Assembly (NCBI RefSeq): GCF_006345805.1
Contig: NC_043013.1
Location: 47,368,001 to 47,432,000, forward strand
Source: Octopus sinensis
Taxonomy: Eukaryota
DNA: 64,000 nucleotides
Direction of reading: 5' to 3'
Part shown: positions 41,231-54,563 of the stretch, piece after piece
How the letters are laid out: each line of letters opens with the position of its first letter
Numbering within the stretch: the first letter of the stretch is position 1
Program-made: the position numbers and the translations under genes
Notes under the pieces: model-generated
The model's input: only the letters and a program-made list of their open reading frames with translations
Told to the model about the DNA's origin: nothing
The model's database searches: none

Positions 41231-41734
41231 TGAGTTACAAACTGCCAATTTCGCCGTCATTAACAAGCAGTATGGATGATCACAGCTGGGTTCACCTGGC
41301 GTTAAATAACTATCGAAGATGGCAGCGTAGCACGAACTCAAAGCTTTCGGACCGATTCTATATGTTCAAAGTGAAACATTCGTATTCTATAGGCTTATGC
41401 AAAAATCTAGAACTACTAAACAGGTTATTCAAAATTAGATATTCTTCTAAAATAAATCCACATTAAACCACATAAACATAAGATAATTAGAATGACATAT
41501 GACTAATTAGAATGACATATGAAATGATGCAAGACAAAAAATATAAAAAGAAGATGAAGATAAAACCAAGTAGAAAACGCACGACCCAAAATTGTAAGAC
41601 TAATTTGTCCCGATTTCGTCTCTAATCGATAATACACCATACATAATATGTTTGGCGATTTTCATATGTACATGGTTAAGTCATCATCGTATATTATAAG
41701 TGTGGCATCACCCTTCACAAACAGGAAACAAAAC

Positions 41735-41781
<47 letters not shown>

Positions 41782-41784
41782 GTA

Positions 41785-42040
41785 TATTCTTTTATTCTTT
41801 TATTCTTTTACTTGTTTCAGTCATTTGACTGCGGCCATGCTGGAGCACCGCCTTTAGTCGAGCAAATCGACCCCGGGACTTATTCTTTGTAAGCCCATAA
41901 CTATTCTATCAGTTTCTTTTGCCGAACCGCTAAGTGACGGGGACGTAAACACACCAGCATCGGTTGTCAAGCAATGCTAGGGGGACAAACCGAGACACAC
42001 AAAAACACACAATCATATATATATATATATATAATATATA

Positions 42041-42083
<43 letters not shown>

Positions 42084-42250
42084 CATATCCGACGGCTTCT
42101 TCAGTTTCTGTCTACCACATCCACTCACATGGCATTGGTCGGCCCGGGGCTATAGCAGAAGACACTTGCCCAAGATGCCACACAGTGGGAACTGAACCCA
42201 ACCATGTGGTTGGTTAGCAAGCTACTTACTACACAGCCCACTCCTGCGCC
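41785..42250 (-). mobile_element. Family D SINE
   Basis: Colinear with 25331-25746; longer internal (TA)n. Confidence 0.85.
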
Positions 42251-42308
<58 letters not shown>

Positions 42309-42309
42309 A

Positions 42310-42373
<64 letters not shown>

Positions 42374-42514
42374 CAAGCATTTAGGTCAGTTTCTGGTCAA
42401 AGGATAATTTAAGTAAATATGCGACAGTTCCTGCTACAATACCTGCTAACCATTTTGCCCAGCCTGTAAACGATCCTACAAACTCGCCGCCTTACACTCA
42501 CACACAATCCTTTC

Positions 42515-42680
42515 TACTATAAGCACAAGGCCTGCAATTAAGGGGACGGGGACTGATCGATTACATCGACCTCGAAAACCTGAAAGGCAAAGTCGACCCC
42601 GGCAGCATTTGAACTCAGAAGGAAATGATGCTAATCATTTTTCCCAACGTACTAACGATTCCACCACCTCGCCGCCTTAC
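42515..42680 (-). mobile_element. Degenerate family-A-related SINE
   Basis: GAAAGGCAAAGTCGACCCCGGCAGCATTTGAACTCAGAA ... CTCGCCGCC. Confidence 0.65.
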
Positions 42681-43240
42681 ACTTACATTTAATGATAGTT
42701 AACCTTCAGTTGTCCTTCGAAAAAACACTTAACTTTACTCATATATTTTCCATTCAACTCCTACATTAATTAACGAATATAACAACTACCGTACCACAGT
42801 ATATTTCTTCTCACAATTACCATTTCCATAATTTTTTTTCTTTTCCTCACCAAATACCTCGTGTAAATCTATTTATGAATACAGAAATGAACAGCTAGAA
42901 AATATTGCTTATTAGTATAAATATAACTGCATTGCAATCTTCACTAAAGTCTCTAATATTTTATAAAAACTTCCTTACACCTTATATACAATGACTATAT
43001 TTATAATAAGTTAGACATTATGCTAATAACTAAATGCATAATCTAATTTTTATTCTTGAACCTTTCAATCCATATTGCTACTTTATGACGCTCGTTAAAT
43101 ACATTAACTTACTACGGTGTTCATAACAGATGTACAATTAATTAATCATTATTAATATAGATGTGCCTCAAATGTAGTAAGTTGAGAGATTAATAAGGGC
43201 ATCACATAAATGCATTGTGGTACTTGTTTCGACTATACAA

Positions 43241-43457
43241 AGGTGGTGAGCTGGCAGAAACATTAGCACGCCGGGCGAAATGCTTTGCAGTATTTCGTCT
43301 GCCGTTACGTTCGGAGTTCAAATTCCGCCGAGGTCGACTTTGCCTTTCATCCTTTCGGGGTCGATTAAATAAGTACCAGTCACGCACTGGGGTCGATATA
43401 ATCGACTTAATCCGTTTGTCTGGCCTTGTTTAGCCCCTTGTGATAATTAAAGAAATA
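43241..43457 (+). mobile_element. Family A SINE
   Basis: Full head and tail. 19-bp TSD GGTACTT(G/C)TTTCGACTATA (43219-43237, 43458-43476). Confidence 0.9.
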
Positions 43458-43570
43458 GGTACTTCTTTCGACTATATATTTTCTGACTTGAAATCTCGCC
43501 GGGTTCACCCTTTCATAAATCTGTGGAAATAAAGTAATACTGGGACCAATGTAATCGACTAATCTCTTCT

Positions 43571-43862
43571 TGGCCAAGTGGTTAGAGCAGAGGACTCGCG
43601 GTCGAGGGTTCGCGGGTTCGAATCTCAGACCGGGTGATGTATGTGTTTATGAGCGAAATCCCTAAGCTCCACACGACTCCGGCAGAAGGTAATGGCGAAC
43701 TTCTGCTGACTCTTTCGCCACAACTTTCTTTCATTCTTTCCTCCTGCATCTTGTAGCTCACCTGCGACGGACCGGCGACCTATCCAGGTGGGGAACCTAT
43801 ATGCCAATGAAACCGGGAAACCGGCCCTTATGAGCCAGGCATGGCTCGAGAAGGAACAAAAA
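43571..43862 (+). mobile_element. Family B SINE
   Basis: TGGCCAAGTGGTTAGAGCAGAGGACTCGCGG..GGTTCGAATCTC through CTCGAGAAGGAACAAAA. Confidence 0.9.
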
Positions 43863-43895
43863 ACTAATCTGTTCCCGTCAAAACTACTAGACCCG

Positions 43896-44404
43896 TGTAA
43901 TTAGAGTATTTAAGAAACCATGTACGTTTAATAATTCGCCTTACAATAGTAGCATTAAAAGGACATACAAGTTTAAAGGTCTTGACTTTTCTCCATTTAG
44001 AGAATGCGCGGGCTAAGACTATGCACCTCCACTAGTCAGTTAAGGCGAGACAGTGTCACGTGACAACTTGCTGGGGCTGCCTGCTGGAGCATAGCGGCAG
44101 GTATTTAAAGGGAAAAAAATTTGACAAGTCAGTCAGTCACCGGCTGACACTCGCTGCCGATACATCGAAGAGGCCAGGGAACAGAAGAAAGAAGAAAGAA
44201 GACATGCACCCAACACCAGAGCTGAAGACACCTCTGAAAGGAGGGGAGGCTGCCACGTCAAACGGTAGAGGAGTAGGGGCCGAAACCGGACGTGGTTTCT
44301 CCTGATGATGTCTTGAGCTAACTGTATCCTGTAAAGGAGCTGTTGTGGTAGCAGACCACGAAACACGATTGTAATTCCACATATCGTCAAATACTCTAAC
44401 TACA
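43896..44404. mobile_element. Probable solo LTR (509 bp)
   Basis: TG...CA ends with a 16-bp terminal inverted repeat TGTAATTAGAGTATTT / AAATACTCTAACTACA, GC-richer interior and TATTTAAA box. No TSD or PBS found. Confidence 0.5.
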
Positions 44405-44754
44405 CAAGAGTTAATCTTTCTGTTTTTAATAAAAATAATTCTTAGTCAGAAAAATGCGTCGGTATATACAGTTTATTTTCCCCAAACTCTTATGCCGCAC
44501 TTGCACGCAGGCGCACTCATGCACACATACACACACATGTAATGGTCATTTGATTGTGCTATTTCATTGCTGAGAACAGTCGGACAGTCGCCAGATTAAA
44601 CCTTCATATCACTAATCAATATCTTCAATCCCATACACACTCACACACACACACACACACACATACATATATATGTGTATATATATATATATATATAATA
44701 TCATATAATATAATATCATATCATATAATATAATATATATACATATGTATATAA

Positions 44755-45135
44755 TAACGATAGCAGGGAATATAATTCCAAACTTACAGGGAAAAATTCA
44801 ATTTGGAAATTCTAAATAAAATTTCACAAAGTATAATATATGTATATAATTTAGGGAAAAACCTCTATTAAGCAATTCAATAGTCAATTTACTATTTATT
44901 GTTTATGTAATGTATTGATTTTAAAAAAAAATTTTCTATATGGTGTGAATAACGTCTTTCAGTATTGACTTGCTTAATAGAGATGTTTCTCTAAATTATA
45001 TTGATATTTCTCATGATATACATATACGAAATTGTGAGGATAATCTGGTGCTTGACTGAAGAAAGAAAACTGCGAATGACCCGTCTTTGTATCGTCCATC
45101 TGGATGTTTTGCGTTCTTGGTCCCATATTTTATTT
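44755..45135. mobile_element. (TA)n-flanked fragment related to the 56553 element, with an internal inverted repeat
   Basis: GGGAATATAATTCCAAACTTACAGGGAAAAATTCA resembles 56567-56600. IR arms about 44847-44881 / 44962-44997. Confidence 0.5.
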
Positions 45136-45193
45136 ACATATATACATATATTATATATATATATAACATACAATATATGTGTATATATATATG

Positions 45194-45229
<36 letters not shown>

Positions 45230-45250
45230 ATAATATATACATATAATATA

Positions 45251-45307
<57 letters not shown>

Positions 45308-45343
45308 TACACACATACATACATATATATATAACCTATATAT

Positions 45344-45793
45344 GGCGTGGCTGTGTAGTAAGAAGTTTGCTTCGCAACAATATGGTTCCGTGTTCAGTCT
45401 CACTGTGTGGTACCTTGGCCAAATGTCTTCTACTATAGCCTCGGGCTGACCAAAGTCTTATTAGTGGATTTGGTAGACGGAAACTGGAAGAAACCCGTTG
45501 TATATATATATATATATTATATATATATATACATATATATATATATACATATGTGTGTGTGTGTATGTGTGTGTGTGTGTGTGTGCATGTGTGTGTGCCT
45601 GTGTGTGTGTTTGTCTGTGTGTATGTCTGTGTTTGCACCACCCTCACTAGCGTTTCGGCAAAAGTGACTGATAGAATAAGTACTAGGCTTAGAAAGAATA
45701 AGTCCTGGGTCGGTTTCTTCGAACAACACTCCGTAAGGCGGTGCTCCAGCATGACCGCAGTCAATTGACTGAGGAAAAAAAGAATAAAAGAAT
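45344..45793 (+). mobile_element. Family D SINE
   Basis: GGCGTGGCTGTGTAGTAAGAAG head, CORE-like block, approximately 110-bp (TA)n(TG)n, AAGAATAAAAGA tail. Confidence 0.85.
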
Positions 45794-47724
45794 ACATATA
45801 TATATATGTATGTATGTATGTATATATGTATGTATTTATGTATGTATTGTATGTATGTATGTATGTATGTATACATGCATACATACGTATATGTAAATCA
45901 TAGGCACATGTGAGACATCAAAGATTTCTTATCGGAATCTTAAGTGATCTCGTCCCCGCTGAGGTCATAATTTACATTTCAATTACTCTTGTAGTCATCA
46001 TGAGTAAAGTTTTGAAATTCGCAGCCATTTTTTATGTGTCTGAACTAATGTTCATATCTTGATTTTAGTTTGCATGTGGATATTAAAAGCTATTACAATA
46101 TTAGTCTCCGGTTTTTGCCGTATTATTTGTGTAAGCATTTAAACTTATTCAATCTTGGAAATAAAACCAGCAACCTAGAAATGTCATCAAAATTGACATT
46201 GGAATTTTAATATTTCACATTTTAATATTTTAAAAGAACTCAAATGAAAATATAGAAGAAAATGAAAATTAAATGCACCAATTTTAAATAGATACGCTAA
46301 GTCCATTTGTAATGTATAAATATAATTACACATACGCACATCTCCATCCGCACATACAATATTTACATGTATGCGTTTAATGTATTTTCACATGTATACA
46401 TAAATGTATGTATGTATGTACACAGCGCTGTATCAATATATGATTTATGTACATGTATGTTAGTGTGTGTATGCATTTATTATTGTATGTAAGTATGTAT
46501 ATGTCTCTTCGTATTATATACCCACCGAACAGCAAAAGCCCAATTTCGACGATGGTTTATCTTGAAATATAGCTGTCCTATAATAATAATGCTGATTGAT
46601 TTATACATTTCTAATCACCATTTAAATGTAAAATACGTCCATACATAGACTCGTGCCCAAGAGTTTACATATTCACATCAGTATGTCGACGCGTTGATAT
46701 ATACATATTCACAAGCACAAACAAATGCACATACACATGCATATTATACACGATGATAAATATTATAATAATACATTTGTAATCCCCATTTAAATAAACA
46801 CCCACATATATATATATATATATATAGCTCTCTCTCTCTCTCTCTGTCTCTCTCTGATTTCCTCTCTTTCTCTGTCTTTGTCTGTCTCAGTCTCCCTATC
46901 TCTCTCTCTCACCCTGTATCATATACTAGCATACGCACATACGTACATATATACATGCATACATACAGATACATTACGTGAAAGTGTGTGCATACATGCA
47001 TACGCGCACTTGTGCTTTAGCATGATTGAGTACGCATACGTGTGTACATGCGTTTGCGTTTGTGTGGTGTTCAAGAATGTATAAGAACATTTAGCTTAGT
47101 TCCCAAATACTTTTGGATTAAATCATATGGAAAAGATAGAGAACAGCAAATACATGGAGAAGAGTGGTAATTTTGTTTTGGCTGGTTCTTATTCTGATTG
47201 AGTATAACTAGAATACAAACATGTTTTGTCACTGAAGATATTCATACATTCGAAGAGACCCAGAATAGACATTTTATCTGTGAAGTTTTGGCAACAACGT
47301 TCACTAAGAAATTATGTAGCGCAATATGGAGCTTATAAAATATATCAAAACATATAAATATATCAGAAAGATAAATGGAAAACTTCTCGTTAAAAAAAGG
47401 CAAAGTTTCTTCGGGTAATTCTGAAACGACTACCACCATACCTTAATTGAAGATTCAAACATGATTTTCAACCAGTCTGTCATTTATCATTTATTTTTAA
47501 TAAGTTTCAGTCATACTGCAGCACTGCCTTCAAGATTTTTTTAGTCAAGTGAATCAACCCCAGTACTTATTCTTTTACTGGTACGTAAACACACCAATAC
47601 CTGTTATCAAGTGGTGATGGGAGACAAACACAGGTACAATGACAATCGCAAATATGTATGTATATGCATATCTATCTATCTATCTATCTATCTATTTAAC
47701 TATATATATATAGATATATATATA

Positions 47725-47880
47725 TGAAAGAAGGTTTGAAAATGCAATTTTAAAAGATGTTTACTCACTTGACCGGTTTCACTTTTTTAGAAAAAGATTG
47801 TCAAAAGTAGAATGTAAAAGCTTTGAAACCGGTCAAGTGAATAAACCTCGTTTAAAATCGCATTTTCAAACCTTCTTTCA
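47725..47880 (+). mobile_element. 156-bp fold-back element in (TA)n built around a decayed hammerhead
   Basis: 57-bp arms 47725-47781 / 47824-47880. TTCACTT-TTTTAGA-AAAAG..CTTT-GAAA-CCGG-TC-AAGTGAA is a hammerhead layout with a broken CUGAnGA. Confidence 0.6.
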
Positions 47881-47942
47881 TATATAATTCCACTCGTGCT
47901 TTACCTTACAACTTCACTTTGTTATATATATATATATATATA

Positions 47943-48260
47943 ACGGGAAGCTTTATGAAAATAGACAAAATACGAAGGCAGGTGGGAAACAAACAAACAA
48001 TTGTATTAGTATGGCGCTCAGGAAATATAAAAAAACAAGTCTTTACGTTTCGAGCCTACGCTCTTCACAGAAAGATACACAGAGAGAAAAAAACACAGAA
48101 AGAAGGAGAAGAAAAAAATGCGTGCAGTAACTAACGAATCAACGTGGCGATCTGATTTCGGCCAGAGGTCAAAGATCAAACATGAGACGCGAGAGCGAAA
48201 TAGGGGAGATAATAGGGTTGATAATAGGGTGAATGACCAGCTATTAGTGCGTATGAGAGT
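47943..48260 (-). mobile_element. Penelope-type terminal repeat fragment with a variant hammerhead (48041-48074)
   Basis: Minus strand CTTT-CTGTGAA-GAGC gtag GCTC-GAAACGTA-AAG. Ends in (TA)n about 100 nt downstream; related to 59160-59345. Confidence 0.55.
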
Positions 48261-48549
48261 CTGGACTGTGAATGTATAGGGTTGGGTTGTATGTATGTAT
48301 TAGTATGTATAAGGGTATGTATAAGGTGTGTGTGTGTGTGTGTGTGTATGAGAGAGTATTAGTGCGTATGAGAGGTCGGGACGTGCGTATGTATGGGTTG
48401 GTGTATGTATTAATGTATTAGTATGTATTAGTACGTATTGGATGTATAGTGTGTGGTGTAGAGAGAGAGAGAGAGATTTCACTGCGATGGTCCAACGCGT
48501 ACGGGAAAAACTTACTTTTTTCTGTCGATGGGGCTTATATGCCCCATTA

Positions 48550-49835
48550 TTAGAAATTTTTTGCTGCTTTGGACGAATGTTTTCCTAAATTTAATCGGCA
48601 CACAGTGAAGGTATCCTACGCCAACTCTGCTAATTTAGAGCAGCTTATGCATTGCATAAATAATAGGAAAATGCGGCAAAGTTTCAATAAGCCACCTACT
48701 GGATCTAGCGAACAGTTGCATCTAAATACCAACCAAAGGAGATGTAAACTGCATTGATAAACACCAACTATGACTAATTTGTAGTAGTATAAATACTTAT
48801 AATACAGTTGGCATGGTAACAGCTCCGATAAATGTAGTTGGGCTTCCTTATATACAAATAAATACGATAAACGATCATGCAGAGAAAAATCAAAATGTCC
48901 TTTGATGAATCTCTGTACGAGTGCAAATATTTTATATGAATGTGCCGTGCACACAAAGAGAGGGTCCTATGTTTACATTGGAAAGACGACTGATTCATTT
49001 CAGAATCGTTATCGCAACCATGTTGCCAGCTTTAAGACAATCAATAAGAGGCATTCAACATCTTTGGCAGATATTGCATGGCGACTGAAGGTGGATGAAA
49101 CGAAGTACAGCATTAATTGTTCCATAGTAAGGTATGCGAAACCATACAATGTAATTTCCAGGAGATGCCGTCTCTGCTCCGAGGAATCCTTGTCTATTCT
49201 GTGTACTAACGAGATCATTAATAGAATTTCTGAACGACTCTCGAGATGCATATACACATATAAATGTACTTTCGCACAATGCAGTGAGAATGAATTTTGT
49301 GTAACCGTTAACTTAATTTATGGATGACTTAAGTTTACTCGTAGCCTCCCCATACTTATAAACACCAAATAGACAATTAACTCGCTTTTTGATCATGAAT
49401 GCACCAAACCTCACGCGTGTATGTGCTCATTTTTCTGTGGATGCTTGTATGAGCGAGAGTACTTGCGCCATGCAGCTTGCCCGAGGGTGTTTATACCTCC
49501 ATACCTATTAACAGTTATTTTTAATACTTTTCTTGCTGGATTGAGTGTTCGTTTCTTTTTGCCATCTGTGAATTTATTTTTGATCTTCTATATAAATGAA
49601 GATATTTCTTCTGTCTGGCCGCTTTTCTCTCTACAAAACGGAAAGTTACATTGCGGAACGGTCATTTTAACGAGTTGTATTTATTTATCACCCGACGAGA
49701 TACATCTGCACCACCGGATGCTCCTGAACCAGTTGTTGAGTGTCCCACCCATGAGGAATCGATGCTAGATATGTAGAAACAATTGTCGTGGCTAATAATA
49801 AATTCTCGAATATTCCATCTTCTGTCTTTCATTTA
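48550..49835 (+). mobile_element. Penelope-like element 3' part: GIY-YIG endonuclease remnant plus terminal repeat
   Basis: LDECFPKFNRHTVKVSYA, then NILYECAV..YVYIGKTTDSFQNRYRNHVASF..RHSTSLADIAWRLK..YSINCSIV..RCRLCSEE..IINRISE (48902-49327). Decayed hammerhead at 49745-49791 before the (TA)n junction. Confidence 0.85.
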
Positions 49836-50611
49836 TATATATCATATATATAATATATATATATATAATATATATCTGTGTGTGTGTGTATGTGTGTGTG
49901 GTGTGTGTGTGTGTGTATAGAGTGTTTGAAGAGGTGTACGGCTATTGTGTATTAAAAAGAATGAAGCAGTCAGAATTTTGGATAATTTTTTATTAGCGCT
50001 TTCGTCTGATCAATCGAACTCTTCAAAATACTACACCAGTGGTTCACATGCTTGATAGAAGACATAAGACATAAAATGTTTTATATGAGAGTGTTTAAAG
50101 ACTTATACACGGAGAGAAGACCCTTGGCAAGACTTCTTACATGCTAGAACGGAAGTTAAACTCAAACCACGAAAAAGGAATACTTAAGGCGCGCTGCTAA
50201 TAGGCACTAGAGTAAATAAAAAAATAGTTAATCCTATACTCGAATTTCACTATTAATGACCAAATAAATTAATTTGGTATCTGTAGCACGTCAGTAGGAT
50301 CGCTAAAGAATGCATAATTATGTAGCTGTAATACGTTGCGAAAGCACGAGGAAAACACATGAGCAAGGCAGCTCCATCTTTATACATTATGGATTAAAAC
50401 TTAGTGTGCGAGCGTAGTCAGAATAGCACAGCAGTAAATATATTTAAACTGTGTACTATATGGCCTAAGAATTGGAATATTTTGGGGGATAATTATAAGG
50501 GTAAAGAATTCCTTAAGAATCCCTTTTTTCGTTACCTGGGTTTAACTGCCCTTTTAAGCATGTAAGAGTCCTGTCAAGGATCTTCTCTTCATGTATAAAT
50601 CTTTATATCCT

Positions 50612-50715
<104 letters not shown>

Positions 50716-50720
50716 TAATG

Positions 50721-50772
<52 letters not shown>

Positions 50773-50824
50773 ATATAAATTATATATATATAATATTATA
50801 TATATACAATATATATATTATATG

Positions 50825-51735
50825 TGCTTGGGGAAGTAAAAAAACATCCACCCTTTGTCTAAAGCTTTCTTCAGGTTATTCAGGTTTGTTGCAGGGCCTT
50901 CACTTTACGCGTGCAAATTATTCATGGTTCAACATCCGAAATCATCCGCAACAATCTTCGCTTCCTTAAAGTCTGGGCGACATGAATGCCAAGAAAGTTT
51001 ATGTAAACGCATAAGTGTAGTCATGTAGAGATCTGCCCACACTTACTCAGTCGCTGCAACAATAAGGGTAAATCGCTTTAGCAGAGAATAATCTCAGAGA
51101 ATGAGACGTGGGACTATTGCTCTGAGCCAGAATTGAAAAATCTGCGTGTAGCGTGGTACCACCCGGAATCACCAGCGATAAAGAAATTCAAGACTAAACC
51201 TCCCGCAAAAACAATGATGGTAGCCATTTTGGGGAACATAATAGGGACTGGAACATTACCTAGAAAAGGGGTCTACCAGTGTAGGATACAGTGATATGGT
51301 GGCCAACAAGTTGGAACCAGGTACTCGCACTAAATGCCGAGGTCTATTGTCAAAGCTAGTGTTACTATTGCATGACACTTTACACACAACAATGGCCGTC
51401 ACCACCATTGAAACCATTGAAAAACTGTGCTTCGAGTTACTGAAACGACCTGCATACAGCCCAGATCTTGCCCCTACCGACTATAACCTCCTTGGAACGC
51501 TCAACCCTTATTTACCTTTTCGTCGATTTGCTACAGACTATGAAGCACAAAAAGTGGTGTATAAATGACTGTGCGACCAGCCTAGAACCTTCTCTTGCGA
51601 TAGAATAGCCAAGCTTGTAGACCGTTGGAAGGGTGCATCAAAAAGCAAAGAGAAGAATGATGTAATTGTTCAACTCCGCTTCTGTTTTAATAAATTACAG
51701 AAATGAGATTGCTTATAGTTTTTGACTTACACTCG
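50825..51735 (+). mobile_element. Decayed mariner (different family from 18312)
   Basis: KVWA..MPRK-like motif, EPELK..WYHPESPAIKKFKT, LLLHD..RPAYSPDLAPTDYNL and LVDRWKGCI. Right TIR ends CTTACACTCG followed by TA; left TIR eroded. Confidence 0.8.
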
Positions 51736-51965
51736 TATATGAATAGGTGTGAGTGTTTATGTGTGTGTACATGCACACACACACACAAATATCACACATA
51801 TAAACACATAATAATTACTGGCAAGGACATAGTATTTAATTTTGCAACCGTAATACACTACCAATATTATTAAAGGTTTGCGAATCAATATTGTATTGAA
51901 CGTTGTGTCAGCAGTGTGGTGTATTTCAGTTTTAATTTTATCTTAATAGAATCCAAAGCCAGTTC

Positions 51966-52165
51966 TGCAAGTTAAGATGTTTCATAAACGAAAACGTCTA
52001 TGCAAACAATGTGATCGAAGACAGAAACATGTGTCTTACCATGAATGTAGTACTGATGAAAGAGCAATAACTCTTGAAATATGCATATACAACCTTTACC
52101 TGATTTACTACGCCTTCGATCACATTGTTCACAGAGACGTATTCGACTACGAAGTGTGACTTGCA
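51966..52165 (+). mobile_element. 200-bp fold-back element with a hammerhead in its loop
   Basis: Arms 51994-52020 / 52114-52140 (24 of 27 complementary), extending imperfectly to TGCAAG / CTTGCA. Confidence 0.6.
52047..52093 (+). ncRNA. Minimal type I hammerhead ribozyme, canonical core
   Basis: GTAGTA-CTGATGA-AAGAG caataa CTCTT-GAAA-T ATGC A-T-A-TACAAC. 5-bp stem II, 2-bp stem III with tetraloop, AUA triplet (cut after 52087), stem I 5 of 6 paired. Confidence 0.75.
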
Positions 52166-52479
52166 TGCACTGATTTCAATAAGAAATGTATAGAGAAAAA
52201 ATTAGAAATACACACACGCGCGCGCGAGCAGGCACACACATACACACACACATACACACACACATACACACACACATATATATATATATGAGTATATATA
52301 TGTGTATATAAATATATATGTATATACATGTGTATACATATGTATGTATACGTATATATATATATGTATATGTATAATACAGACACACACGCACACACGC
52401 ATATACACACACACATATACACACAAATACACGCGCGCGCACGCACACATATATGTATATGTGTGCGTGCATATGTGTA

Positions 52480-52512
<33 letters not shown>

Positions 52513-53943
52513 GTGTATGTATATATATATATGTATATATATACACACATATATATATCTATATATATGTATATATATATATATATACGTATACATATAT
52601 ATGTATATATATATATAATAGACACTCACACACGCACGCATGCACACACACACAAACACATGCACACGCAAACATACACTCACACACATACACAAACACA
52701 CACACACATATATATATATGGATATATATGCGGAGAGGTTTAATGGTTTTTATATGTGTGTTTTCCTGTTGCCAGCTTGGTTAATTTAGACCCCGACATG
52801 CTTGTCAGATCTAGTGTTATCTCCGCAATCAAACTGTTTTAAAAGATGAAAGGCAAATATCTGTCTATCTCAGAATTCAGGTAGTTCCATATAATCATAC
52901 TGCTGAAATCAAACCTTAAGCACCAGCAGCTAGTCTTCAAATGTACATTGGCCATTATTTGCTTCTAAATACGAATATATTCACATACATGTCGTACATA
53001 CACGCAAGCATATGCATACATGCACGCACATATATGCATACATAACACGCATATATGTAGATATATGCACGCATATACCTACATACAAACACACACACAC
53101 ACATATATATATGCACGCATATACACGCACACATGCATGTATATACGCATACATACATACATATGTGAATTTATGCATGTCTCCGTTATTAAATCCCCTT
53201 TATTAACGTGTCACTCAAAGAATAAGTCCTAATGAGAAACTACAATTGCAGACTACTATTTTGAGTGAAAGCCGTCTCCTGTCGCTCTCCTTCCATATTG
53301 CCAAAAATTTGTAAACTTATATTTATATGTAAATGACTATTTATCTTGCATCTTGCTGACGTTAAACATGATTCTCTTAATGATCTTACATTTACAAAAC
53401 AGATATAAGTAAACGTGCTTTCCTTCGTTAAACGTCAGCGTTGAATTCCCTAAAGCTCCATACATCATAACACTAAATTAAAGACTATTTTCATTATGTT
53501 ATAAATATTTATAAAATTCCTCTTATATTCAATGAATTCTTTACTCGTTGAACTCGGTTTGTTTTAAATATCTCAAGTACATTCAGACACTGAAATTTTC
53601 CCCCGCCGTCTTGTTTAGTGTCTTCGCACTTTAAACGATCTAAGATTCGATGTTATGAATACGTTTACAACATAGTAGATATTAGGGAAGAATTGTTTGT
53701 TCCTTGTCGGTGACTGAAGTGTCGATAGATGTTAAATTCGTAAGACTGGTTCATGATAGACACTGATATTATTAGAGAGATGCATGAGGCAAATTTTGAA
53801 GCAAGATATGTTAAAAGGTCAACGCTTTCGCAATTGTCAATGTTCGTGTATGACTATGGAAATAAAAAGGGTATAAACGTGCACACGCGCCTGTTTGCTG
53901 TGTGTGCGCGTGCGATTGTATGTATCTATATATGGATTGATAA

Positions 53944-54173
53944 GGCGGCGAGCTAGCAGAAACGTTAGCGCGCCGGGCGAAATGCGTAGCCGTGTTTCGT
54001 CTGTCGTTACGTTCTGGGTTCAAATTCCGCCGAGGTCGACTTTGCCTTTCAGCCTTTCGGGTCGATAAATAAAGTACCATATTCGCACTGGGGTCGATGT
54101 AATCGACTTAATCCGTTTGTCTGTCCTTGTTTGTCCCCTCTATGTTTAGCCCCTTGTGGGTAGTAAAGAAATA
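53944..54173 (+). mobile_element. Family A SINE
   Basis: Full length. 12-bp TSD ATATATGGATTG (53928-53939, 54175-54186). Confidence 0.9.
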
Positions 54174-54563
54174 GATATATGGATTGTTGGCACGCGGAAT
54201 ATTTGTTTGAGTGGTTGGTCCGCGATTGACAGTCGTGGTTTCTGTTCCCGGTCTGGCTGTTGTGTTGCGTCCTTTAACAAGGCACATTATTTCATGCTGG
54301 TTCAGTTCACTCGGTTGGAGATATGTTTCAGGGACAGCTGGTGTTTGGTCGGTGACCCTGCATCTAACAGGTGCGTTCGTCCGTTTAGCGGGTATTTGGA
54401 CACTCAGTGGAGTGAATGTTAAGTAATACACAAGTATTTTCAAGCTCTTTAAAGTTGTTTAGACATATCATGGCCCCTAGCTCGGCCTTGTTGCTGCAGG
54501 CAAAGCGGTTGGTGTCATTCTCAATCATGCCCCCTCACAGAAATCCACGTGATTATAAATGAC

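Noticed and set aside
53745-53956. MIDTDIIREMHEANFEARYVKR ORF as an exon
   Set aside because: In-frame stop just upstream, weak splice sites and no recognised homology.
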